This document shows positions 1 through 6,757 of a stretch of 64,000 nucleotides of DNA, in pieces (positions within the stretch are counted from its first letter, which is position 1; every line of letters begins with the position of its first letter). Origin of the DNA: a virus; IMG/VR virus record IMGVR_UViG_3300032309_001318, positions 1 through 64,000 of that record; one strand, written 5' to 3'. The notes under the pieces are model-generated. The model searched no databases. It was not told the DNA's origin and was given only the letters and a program-made list of their open reading frames with translations. The position numbers were made by a program, and so were the translations under genes.

Positions 1-102
1 CCAAACATTAGATTTCTCTGCTGAGATAATTTCCCCAGTTAAAGAATTAGAGCGATAAGTTTTGCCGATTAGCAAATCTTGTATTGTGTATAAGTTAGCC
101 AT
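1..102 (-). CDS. Small hypothetical protein, 5' part only (MANLYTIQDLLIGKTYRSNSLTGEIISAEKSNVW...), runs off window edge
   Basis: Manual translation; ATG at 102 preceded by AACGAAAGGA Shine-Dalgarno and a TATAAT. Confidence 0.75.
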   Translation of the reverse strand, partial: MANLYTIQDLLIGKTYRSNSLTGEIISAEKSNVW

Positions 103-131
103 TGTTAGCCACTTCCTTTCGTTATGCCGCA

Positions 132-153
132 ATTATAGCGGAAGCCACCGACA
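132..153 (-). promoter_or_regulatory. Leftward promoter TGTCGG-N10-TATAAT
   Basis: Same architecture at 1312-1333 and 1557-1578, each upstream of an RBS and ORF. Confidence 0.65.
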
Positions 154-202
154 ATTCTCTACCTACTAGCCAGTAATTCCATATTTTGAGACGCTCAAGT
201 CA

Positions 203-218
203 TGTGTTCTTAATCACA
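203..218. promoter_or_regulatory. CRP/GlxR-like operator TGTGT-N6-TCACA
   Basis: One mismatch to TGTGA-N6-TCACA; one of four within 1.7 kb. Confidence 0.55.
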
Positions 219-231
219 TTTAGCCTGTGGA

Positions 232-259
232 CGACACGCCCGACACGCCACGACACGCC
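232..259 (+). repeat. Three tandem CGACACGCC 9-mers
   Basis: Copies at 232-240, 241-249, 251-259; more at 357-365, 1343-1350 (8 nt) and inverted at 1597-1605. Confidence 0.85.
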
Positions 260-265
260 CGAAAG

Positions 266-274
266 TTATCCACA
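266..274 (+). promoter_or_regulatory. Perfect DnaA box TTATCCACA
   Basis: Exact consensus 9-mer; degenerate opposite box TGTGGACGA at 226-234. Confidence 0.45.
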
Positions 275-295
275 GATTTCAGGGCTTTTTTAAAA

Positions 296-311
296 TGTGT
301 CTTAAATCACA
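296..311. promoter_or_regulatory. CRP/GlxR-like operator AAA-TGTGT-CTTAAA-TCACA-TTT
   Basis: Near-perfect CRP palindrome including AAA/TTT flanks. Confidence 0.6.
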
Positions 312-370
312 TTTTGCCCCCACAGCTTTTGTGGGCGCTTCCGCTTTTTGTCAAGCCGACACGCCGTTAT

Positions 371-502
371 TTATTTTATTTTTTTACCAAATTTATTTAG
401 TAAAATTTCTTCAACCATTTTTAATTGTAATTCGGTTAGGTGATCTAACTCAACCGAATTTTTAAATTGGTTAGCTAACTTTTCTGCGGGATTTTCCGTC
501 AT
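371..502 (-). CDS. Small hypothetical protein, 43 aa (MTENPAEKLANQFKNSVELDHL...)
   Basis: Manual translation; ATGA overlap with stop of 499-693. Confidence 0.65.
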   Translation of the reverse strand: MTENPAEKLANQFKNSVELDHLTELQLKMVEEILLNKFGKKIK

Positions 503-693
503 TCGTTTTCCATTTCTGCTAAATAATCTTCATGCTCGATTAGTCCAATAGAAAATGCGATAGGGTCGCAACATTCTAAGATTTCGCTAGCGGTAAAAGT
601 AGAATAACCGATTTTGTAAGTAGGATAAGTGTCATCTAGTAATTGGCAGAAACTCTCCTTTAATTCTATATCCTTTTCTAATTTAGATTTCAT
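499..693 (-). CDS. Hypothetical protein, 64 aa, acidic
   Basis: ORF track; AGGAG RBS; coupled to neighbours. Confidence 0.8.
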   Translation of the reverse strand: MKSKLEKDIELKESFCQLLDDTYPTYKIGYSTFTASEILECCDPIAFSIGLIEHEDYLAEMENE

Positions 694-842
694 TTATCTC
701 TCCTAAGTAATACGATAGAATAAACAAAAGCAATAGAGCCAACTAGTAGCCATGTTGGGATATCAATACCGACACCATTAGGCCAAAGCCCGTTAATGTA
801 TAGAGAAAAGTATTCGCTATCTATAAATAATTCTAAGTTCAT
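690..842 (-). CDS. Small membrane protein, 50 aa (MNLELFIDSEYF...WLLVGSIAFVYSIVLLRRDK)
   Basis: Manual translation; GGAGG RBS; one hydrophobic helix with basic tail; overlaps both neighbours. Confidence 0.7.
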   Translation of the reverse strand: MNLELFIDSEYFSLYINGLWPNGVGIDIPTWLLVGSIAFVYSIVLLRRDK

Positions 843-1015
843 TATTCGTATTCCTCCCAATCTAGTGTTAAGCCTTTTTCGATTACCTCGTCCATGCTAA
901 TCATGTCCTCATCAAATAGCGTTTCGCTATTGTGCTTGTCTAACGCCTCCGCCTCGTCTAGGTGGCGGTATGCGTCCGAGATATCTGCCTGTATGGTATC
1001 CCATTTAGTCATCAT
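842..1015 (-). CDS. Small acidic protein, 57 aa (MMTKWDTIQADISDAY...LDWEEYE)
   Basis: Manual translation; AGGAGG RBS; TAATG coupling. Confidence 0.7.
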   Translation of the reverse strand: MMTKWDTIQADISDAYRHLDEAEALDKHNSETLFDEDMISMDEVIEKGLTLDWEEYE

Positions 1016-1176
1016 TACTTAGCCTCCTGCTCTATGGTGTGTATCATGTATTCAAACTTTAAGGTTTTATTTCCCTCGTTTAATTCATCAACTAGAGCGA
1101 TAATCTCTTTCATGCTCTTAGCGGTTAGTCTGCCCTTCATTAGAGAGCCTTGCCAAATTGTGTAAGTTAATTTCAT
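1015..1176 (-). CDS. Small hypothetical protein, 53 aa (MKLTYTIWQGSLMKGRL...)
   Basis: Manual translation; GAGG RBS; TAATG coupling. Confidence 0.7.
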   Translation of the reverse strand: MKLTYTIWQGSLMKGRLTAKSMKEIIALVDELNEGNKTLKFEYMIHTIEQEAK

Positions 1177-1274
1177 TAGTTAGCCTCGCTCTCATCTATG
1201 TCGAACATCTGAGCGAACATGTCGTTCGCTTGCTGTAAGGCTTTTAGTGCCTCGTTTACTTTATCTATATCCAT
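1176..1274 (-). CDS. Small hypothetical protein, 32 aa (MDIDKVNEALKALQQANDMFAQMFDIDESEAN)
   Basis: Manual translation; AAGGA RBS within conserved CAACCTAACGAAAG leader. Confidence 0.6.
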   Translation of the reverse strand: MDIDKVNEALKALQQANDMFAQMFDIDESEAN

Positions 1275-1311
1275 TTTCTGTCCTTCTTTCGTTAGGTTGT
1301 TCATTAAGGTA

Positions 1312-1340
1312 AGACTATCATTACTGACTGACATTATCAA
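1312..1340 (-). promoter_or_regulatory. Leftward promoter TTGATA-N17-TAGTCT with internal TGTCAG
   Basis: -35/-10 spacing of 17; GCGTGTC ends 3 bp upstream of the -35. Confidence 0.6.
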
Positions 1341-1351
1341 CACGACACGCT

Positions 1352-1456
1352 TTATTTAGCGGTGTGATTATGGACACACTCGGCTTCTGCCTCATGTCCA
1401 AACTCATCTACTAATTCCTCGTAGATATCATCTAGGTAATCTAGGTAATCGTTCAT
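1352..1456 (-). CDS. Small acidic protein, 34 aa (MNDYLDYLDDIYEELVDEFGHEAEAECVHNHTAK)
   Basis: Manual translation; GAAAGGA RBS. Confidence 0.6.
   Translation of the reverse strand: MNDYLDYLDDIYEELVDEFGHEAEAECVHNHTAK
1363..1378. promoter_or_regulatory. CRP/GlxR-like operator TGTGA-N6-ACACA
   Basis: One mismatch to consensus; upstream of promoter 1312-1340. Confidence 0.45.
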
Positions 1457-1477
1457 TTTATTTCCTTTCGTTAGGTT

Positions 1478-1531
1478 GAGCGGTTATTTGCTAGGCTCAC
1501 CCTTTCGGGATTATTTGCTAGGCTCACGCTC
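1478..1531 (-). ncRNA. Candidate structured 5' leader: two GTGAGCCTAGCAAATAA copies around a CCC-GAAA-GGG hairpin, closed by GAGCG/CGCTC
   Basis: Exact 17-bp direct repeats at 1484-1500 and 1511-1527; GNRA hairpin; lies between promoter and RBS. Confidence 0.5.
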
Positions 1532-1556
1532 TAATTCTTTATTTTGTTATACTATA

Positions 1557-1578
1557 ATCCTAACATGGGGGACTGACA
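1557..1578 (-). promoter_or_regulatory. Leftward promoter TGTCAG-N10-TAGGAT
   Basis: Third copy of the motif; heads the mini-gene array. Confidence 0.6.
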
Positions 1579-1635
1579 TTTTAGGGGTTATGGCTCGGCG
1601 TGTCGCAAAAATTATGAAGATATTATGAAAAATCG

Positions 1636-1651
1636 TGTGATACTCCTCACA
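1636..1651. promoter_or_regulatory. CRP/GlxR operator TGTGA-TACTCC-TCACA
   Basis: Exact consensus. Confidence 0.6.
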
Positions 1652-1779
1652 TATGGTCGCTCTATCTAGACAAATCGGACATTTTAAATGTGTGTATCAT
1701 ACATAATAAAATATTATTAACATTTTGGTAAATATGAATATATTGGTCAACTAGAATTACATAATGATATAATTTATTA

Positions 1780-2325
1780 ATGGATAATAAAAAGCCCTTA
1801 GTTATAGTAACAAATATTAATACATTTGGCGCATTAAACTTGGAACATCCTTTTGATATTGAAAAAAAAATAAATCAAACGGTGATGGCTAAGTTTATGT
1901 ATAATAGGGGCGGGGATAACGATCCTTTTTACGTAAAAGCTTTAGTTGCTAGAGAAAATTTTTTTACGGTGGATTTTCCAGAAGCGGTTGGTCCAGTTCG
2001 TGACCTATGCGCTGGTGCTTCTATAATTTTTAAACGGGGTATTAAATTTAAGGTTTTAAATGGAAAATTTTGGGAATTTGCATTTTTGGTGGAGCCTTAT
2101 AAAAAATTTGGAAAAGGTAGCAAGGCCTATAAGGTCCTATATAAAGTAGAAGAGCATTTTGAAATAGATGTTATGGCAGACAGTGAAGAAGAGGCCATAG
2201 AAACTGCTAATAAACAAGAAATGTGTTATTGGAATCATCATGAGCCCAGCAAAGGTAAAAAAGTAAGACCTATAACTTCATTTGTTGTTTGGGACAATTT
2301 TAAGGTGACTGAAATTAATGAATAA
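1780..2325 (+). CDS. Hypothetical protein with C-terminal DpnD/PcfM-like motif (FEIDVMADSEEEAIETA)
   Basis: ORF track; TGATATAAT 6 nt upstream (leaderless); C-terminus paralogous to 2406-2987. Confidence 0.75.
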   Translation: MDNKKPLVIVTNINTFGALNLEHPFDIEKKINQTVMAKFMYNRGGDNDPFYVKALVARENFFTVDFPEAVGPVRDLCAGASIIFKRGIKFKVLNGKFWEFAFLVEPYKKFGKGSKAYKVLYKVEEHFEIDVMADSEEEAIETANKQEMCYWNHHEPSKGKKVRPITSFVVWDNFKVTEINE

Positions 2326-2404
2326 GATGACATTAAAAAATTGGATAACACTACTAGGGATTATGGTAATTATTTTGGGAATTTGTTTTTACGTGGCAGG
2401 ATAA
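2318..2404 (+). CDS. Small membrane peptide, 28 aa (MNKMTLKNWITLLGIMVIILGICFYVAG)
   Basis: Manual translation; fills the gap between two genes; hydrophobic. Confidence 0.45.
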   Translation: MNKMTLKNWITLLGIMVIILGICFYVAG

Positions 2405-2405
2405 A

Positions 2406-2987
2406 ATGACACAGATTAATAACATAATTTATGCAAGGGCTGAAAATTTAGTTATTACCACATCAGCCTTTAGCAAGCAGGAGATTGCTGATATTGATAA
2501 AGTTAAAGAAATGGTTCTGGGGTCTATAAAAACCAGACATCTAGAATTTAATTTTACTACTGATAAAGATACCTATTCCCAGGACATTCCAAACCATTTT
2601 GATGTTTTTGTCTGCACTAAAAGCTTTTATATGTATTTCCCTACCCTTTCCCTTCGATCAGAGATAAAACTAAACATAGGAGACTTTGTATTTTTCCCAT
2701 CCCAGCTTAAACACTCAATTGAGGTTGATAGCGACCATTATATATACTTTGAAGTTTACTATTGGCCAAAAGTTAAAAATGAAGAGGCAGATGGTCAACC
2801 CTACCAAATTATTGCTACACTAACTGATAAATATGAAATACAGGTTTTTGCAAATTCAGAAAAAGAGGCATATAACAAAGCGTACAATACCCCATTATCT
2901 GATTGGAAGCATTTGACTCCTGGTAAAGTGACAACGCCTAGAAAAATAATTAGATGGGCTAGTTGGGGAGATTTTGAGATTAAATAA
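2406..2987 (+). CDS. Cupin/2OG-oxygenase-like domain fused to DpnD/PcfM-like C-terminal domain
   Basis: GDFVFFPSQLKHSI cupin strand motif; YEIQVFANSEKEAYNKA. Confidence 0.65.
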   Translation: MTQINNIIYARAENLVITTSAFSKQEIADIDKVKEMVLGSIKTRHLEFNFTTDKDTYSQDIPNHFDVFVCTKSFYMYFPTLSLRSEIKLNIGDFVFFPSQLKHSIEVDSDHYIYFEVYYWPKVKNEEADGQPYQIIATLTDKYEIQVFANSEKEAYNKAYNTPLSDWKHLTPGKVTTPRKIIRWASWGDFEIK

Positions 2988-2991
2988 GTGT

Positions 2992-3063
2992 GGCTTCATC
3001 GTCTATCGGTTAGGACATTGCCCTTTCACGGCAAAAGGACGGGTTCGATTCCCGTTGGAGCTA
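2992..3063 (+). tRNA. tRNA-Glu (anticodon TTC), CCA not encoded
   Basis: Acceptor GGCTTCA/TGGAGCT; anticodon arm TTGCC-CTTTCAC-GGCAA; T arm ACGGG-TTCGATT-CCCGT. Confidence 0.93.
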
Positions 3064-3067
3064 CTAG

Positions 3068-3097
3068 TTGACAGAAAATTTTTCTTAGTGTTATAAT
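3068..3097 (+). promoter_or_regulatory. Strong housekeeping-sigma promoter TTGACA-N18-TATAAT with extended -10
   Basis: Perfect hexamers, TG one base upstream of the -10. Confidence 0.8.
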
Positions 3098-3103
3098 TCT
3101 CAG

Positions 3104-3275
3104 GCACAACAGTTTTCGGAGATCGCATCAAGGGTTTAAACTTGTGTAGCTACCATACCAAGGAAGCTGGCCTTAATAGGTTCAACCGATGAATCCGCAC
3201 CAAAAGTCGTAGGGTTTCGGGGATATGTATATAATTTCTATATGCATGCCTGTAGGGTTTTTTTAGCAAACCCCC
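3104..3275 (+). ncRNA. Candidate structured ncRNA or long leader of unknown family
   Basis: About 190 nt untranslated behind a consensus promoter; several stems and a possible pseudoknot found by eye. Confidence 0.45.
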
Positions 3276-3295
3276 AAGGTTAAAGGAAAAAGCAT

Positions 3296-3505
3296 ATGGG
3301 AAGAAGATTAAATTGGGAAAATTTAAAATCTAAAGATAAAGTTAATCATACAGAAGAAATTAGATATGATTGGCGTGAATTAAAAGCATTTAATGACACA
3401 ACATGTAATGCATGTCAAAGAAGAATTAAAAAGGATCAAAAAATGCTATGGAATTTTAATACTAAAACCAAAATGCACTTACCAGAAGAATGTAAACTTT
3501 GGTAA
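3296..3505 (+). CDS. Small putative Zn-binding protein (CxxC...H-x4-C)
   Basis: ORF track; AAGGA RBS; CNAC and HLPEEC. Confidence 0.7.
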   Translation: MGRRLNWENLKSKDKVNHTEEIRYDWRELKAFNDTTCNACQRRIKKDQKMLWNFNTKTKMHLPEECKLW

Positions 3506-3527
3506 ATATATAAGATATAATTAGGCT

Positions 3528-3809
3528 ATGAAGTCTGAAAAGACTAGCATAGCTAAACAAAAAGCTTATCTAGCCAAATATATTCAGGACCTAAAATCTA
3601 ATACTCCATGTATGGATTGTAAAGAAAGTTTTCCCTATTACGTAATGGATTTTGATCATGTGCGGGGACGGAAGCAAGCAAACGTATCAGAACTCATTGT
3701 GACCCTATCTAAAAAAAGAATAGATCTAGAAATAGCTAAATGTGAGATAGTATGTTCTAATTGTCATAGGGTCAGAACTCACCAGAGAAAAATTGATAAG
3801 TCTATATAA
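3528..3809 (+). CDS. HNH endonuclease (small stand-alone type)
   Basis: CMDC...FDHV...CEIVCSNCHRVRT; TATAAT 6 nt upstream. Confidence 0.88.
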   Translation: MKSEKTSIAKQKAYLAKYIQDLKSNTPCMDCKESFPYYVMDFDHVRGRKQANVSELIVTLSKKRIDLEIAKCEIVCSNCHRVRTHQRKIDKSI

Positions 3810-4036
3810 TATCTTAGTCAACTAGAATAATAGGATATATTCCAGAAATTGATTTAAAGCCATTTTAGGGCCTTATGCATGTATGGGTATGGGTATATAG
3901 CTAAAACCTTCTTAGAAGCCCTATAGAGCAATTTAGAGGCATATCTCTTACATTGGCTATATGGGTAAAAATTATATGTTCTTCTCTACCGCCGCCGAGC
4001 ACTTCAATTTTCGCACTATATTTTTTGCAATTGCAC

Positions 4037-4201
4037 TTATTTAAGTCGAAATAGTTTTCTTAATCTATATTTGAATATTTTATATTTTAAATACATTTTA
4101 TATTCAGGGTCTCCTGGCTGAAAATGTTCGCCAGCAAAATGATACCAAGCGCTTTCAGAAGAAGGACTATTGGTAAATTTAGAAAAGTATCTTGGGCTCA
4201 T
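4037..4201 (-). CDS. Small basic protein, 54 aa (MSPRYFSKFTNSP...KYRLRKLFRLK)
   Basis: Manual translation; TATAAT 6 nt upstream of ATG (leaderless). Confidence 0.55.
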   Translation of the reverse strand: MSPRYFSKFTNSPSSESAWYHFAGEHFQPGDPEYKMYLKYKIFKYRLRKLFRLK

Positions 4202-4221
4202 GAATTAATTATACACCTATT

Positions 4222-4312
4222 TAAACAGAAAACCCAATCAGAGGCGGATCCGATTGGGTTCTGGCATCTAATGATGCAGTTGTATGAGGAGCATAAATGC
4301 TCAACTTATACT
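4222..4312 (-). ncRNA. Candidate ~90-nt small RNA with three hairpins, the last an intrinsic terminator
   Basis: Own promoter TTGACT-N17-TATAAT (4346-4318); 12-bp terminal stem followed by U-rich tail. Confidence 0.55.
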
Positions 4313-4342
4313 ACACCATTATAAAATAACTTATTTTCAAAG

Positions 4343-5773
4343 TCAATGATTTTTTATTTTAGCCCTTAATGGTTTTGCAACACGATAAGTCACCCTATCT
4401 ATACCTCTGGGGAATTTTCCATAAGTTTTTATTTTAAATGAGTTAGACATTGCCAAAAGAATTATTTTCATTTCAATCATTGCAAATTGGTCCCCAATGC
4501 ATTTTCTATTACCTTCACTAAACGGGAAATATGCACCTAAAGGCAAGTTTTTTTCAAAATCCCCATCCCACCTAGAAGGTATAAACTTTTCAGGGTTTGG
4601 GTATATCTCTGGTATTCTATGAGTAACATATGGGTTTACAATTACAAACGAACCTTTTGGAATAAAGTTTCCATCTACCTCAACATCCTCTTTTGCCATT
4701 CTAGGCAAATTCCAAATAGGAGGGCAAAGCCTTAATGTTTCTTTTAAAATACTAGAACAAACGGGGGCGCTAATAATTTTTTGTAGCACCTCTTCTTCGG
4801 ATAGACCAGAGTTAAAAATACTCTTAGATTCTTCAATTAATTTATTATATTCTTTTGGATGCTTGTTTAGATAAGCCAAAGCCCATACCAGAGTGTTTGA
4901 TGTAGATTCAAATCCAGCAAGGATTACAGTAAGCATTTCATCTAAAATTTGATGCTTAGACATTTTATTACCATCTTCATCTGTGCTGTTTATATATATA
5001 GATAGCAGGTCGTCCCCATCTAAATTGCTTTTGATTTTATCTTCATACATTTTTTCTACAAATTCATACATAAATACAGTTGAGTTTACAAAGTTTTTAA
5101 AGTAAGGGATATTCATATTTTCAAACCTTGTTAAGGATGGATTCTGTGTTCGATCCATAGCATTTACCGACACAGTTAGCTCGTCTTTTATTAATTCAGA
5201 GTTATGCTGAACATCAACTCCAAAGACGCACTTACTAACAATATCTAAAGCCAAAGAGTTTATCTCAGAACGAATTTCAATTTCTTTTTTGTTATTTTTT
5301 AATTCATCAATTTTACTTTTAGTTATGTTAAACATTATATTAGACATGCTTAATAATTTTTTATGATCAAAGCTAGACATTGTCATTCTTCTAAAAACAA
5401 AATGATCTGGATTCTCACTAACCAGCAATCCATTGCCAAGAAGTCTACGTGCCCTGCCCCACAAAGGACCTTTAATAAAAGATTTTTGCTTAGCAGCTAA
5501 AATTTCCCAAGCCCCTTGTGGAGAAAAAATATAAATTACTAAATATCTTCCCCTGTAGGTAGAATAAGATTTTCCATAACGCAACATATCCCTTACGTAT
5601 ACTTTTGCTGTATTTAAAAAAAATCCATAATATCTATTTAATGGGAAATATAGTTTTGGAATTTTATTTTCTAAATTTTTTGCCTTAACATCTCTTTTTG
5701 TAATAGGAGTATATCTAGGGTCGACCCATCTAGCGCTTAATCTAAAAAATGGGTATAAACTTTTTTTTAACAT
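4343..5773 (-). CDS. Cytochrome P450
   Basis: Haem motif FSEGNRKCIG, ExxR (ETLR), I-helix AGFESTS, FIPSRW meander; 476 aa. Confidence 0.95.
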   Translation of the reverse strand: MLKKSLYPFFRLSARWVDPRYTPITKRDVKAKNLENKIPKLYFPLNRYYGFFLNTAKVYVRDMLRYGKSYSTYRGRYLVIYIFSPQGAWEILAAKQKSFIKGPLWGRARRLLGNGLLVSENPDHFVFRRMTMSSFDHKKLLSMSNIMFNITKSKIDELKNNKKEIEIRSEINSLALDIVSKCVFGVDVQHNSELIKDELTVSVNAMDRTQNPSLTRFENMNIPYFKNFVNSTVFMYEFVEKMYEDKIKSNLDGDDLLSIYINSTDEDGNKMSKHQILDEMLTVILAGFESTSNTLVWALAYLNKHPKEYNKLIEESKSIFNSGLSEEEVLQKIISAPVCSSILKETLRLCPPIWNLPRMAKEDVEVDGNFIPKGSFVIVNPYVTHRIPEIYPNPEKFIPSRWDGDFEKNLPLGAYFPFSEGNRKCIGDQFAMIEMKIILLAMSNSFKIKTYGKFPRGIDRVTYRVAKPLRAKIKNH

Positions 5774-6753
5774 TCCCAGACTCCTTTATTCTTCATTAAA
5801 AAATCATACATTTCAAAATCATAATTATTCAATTCAACAATTTGATCAATTTGACCTTTTGTTAATGTGCTTTTAATTTTTTGTAATTTAAGATTAGAAG
5901 TATTTTTTTTAATATTTCTAATGTGTCCAAAATATTTATTTTTTTGTAAAATTACTGAAAGGTTATTTAAAAACAATTCTCTGTATTCTACAGTACCAAT
6001 TATATCAAATTTATTTAAACTGTCTCTCCACAAACTTCCATCTTGACCATGAGCAATAAAATTAGAATTAGAAGACATGGCGGCCATCAATTGAAATCTG
6101 TCTATTGATCTATTTAAATATTTGTTGCTCCAGTAGGACGCTTTGTCCGTATTCAATGTTGAGGTTATAGACCTAGTTTGAAAATTAGTTATAAGATCTC
6201 TATTTATTGGATCTGACAAGAAGTTATCAAAATTTTTATTTGTTACATTATCCGTTTGTCTGTGCAACATAGAATCAAATACTTTACTTATAAACATAAA
6301 ATAACTAATTGCTCTATCTATAGGGTTTCTTAATATTGTTATGCCATGTATATTTTTATTATTTTTTTTAAATAGATCAAAGGGATACATTGCAAGGTGC
6401 CCAGAAATTAATTTAGAATTTAGCATATCAAATTCATTTAAATATCCAATATTATTTATAAATGACTGTTCTTCCTTAAAAACATTTTTTAATTCTTCTT
6501 GCAGAGAAATTCCAGAATTTTTAGCTATATGCAAAAAATAAAAAGATTCTTTATGCGAGAAATTATCTTTATTTATTTTTTTAATTACAGATCCATTTTT
6601 TAGCATCATGCCATGCTCTAGGTCTTTAAACTGGAGATTGCCAATTATATTTTCGTCAACAAATCCAGTAGTATACGCTTCATTATCTTTAACGGATAAA
6701 ATTTCAAAAATATGTTGAGGACCGTACTCTATGTTGTTTACAAAATTTGCCAA
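5767..6753 (-). CDS. Sulfotransferase family 2-like protein
   Basis: FLHIAKNSGISL (5'-PSB) and ILRNPIDRAISYF (3'-PB) motifs. Confidence 0.8.
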   Translation of the reverse strand: MANFVNNIEYGPQHIFEILSVKDNEAYTTGFVDENIIGNLQFKDLEHGMMLKNGSVIKKINKDNFSHKESFYFLHIAKNSGISLQEELKNVFKEEQSFINNIGYLNEFDMLNSKLISGHLAMYPFDLFKKNNKNIHGITILRNPIDRAISYFMFISKVFDSMLHRQTDNVTNKNFDNFLSDPINRDLITNFQTRSITSTLNTDKASYWSNKYLNRSIDRFQLMAAMSSNSNFIAHGQDGSLWRDSLNKFDIIGTVEYRELFLNNLSVILQKNKYFGHIRNIKKNTSNLKLQKIKSTLTKGQIDQIVELNNYDFEMYDFLMKNKGVWEC

Positions 6754-6757
6754 ATGA

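Noticed and set aside
232-259. CRISPR array from CGACACGCC repeats or the 17-bp pair at 1484-1527
   Set aside because: Repeats and spacers too short, too few units, no cas genes
962-1165. Plus-strand 67-aa ORF
   Set aside because: Shadow of coupled minus-strand mini-genes that have RBSs
3063-3275. tRNA-associated HDV-like (theta) ribozyme, tmRNA or RNase P RNA
   Set aside because: Separated from the tRNA by its own promoter; no HDV nested pseudoknot, tag ORF or P4 motif found by eye
3528-3809. IscB/HEARO-type RNA-guided nuclease
   Set aside because: Only 93 aa, no RuvC motifs, own promoter; looks like an ordinary small phage HNH
4124-4324. Plus-strand 66-aa ORF
   Set aside because: No RBS; antisense to a better-supported sRNA and leaderless ORF
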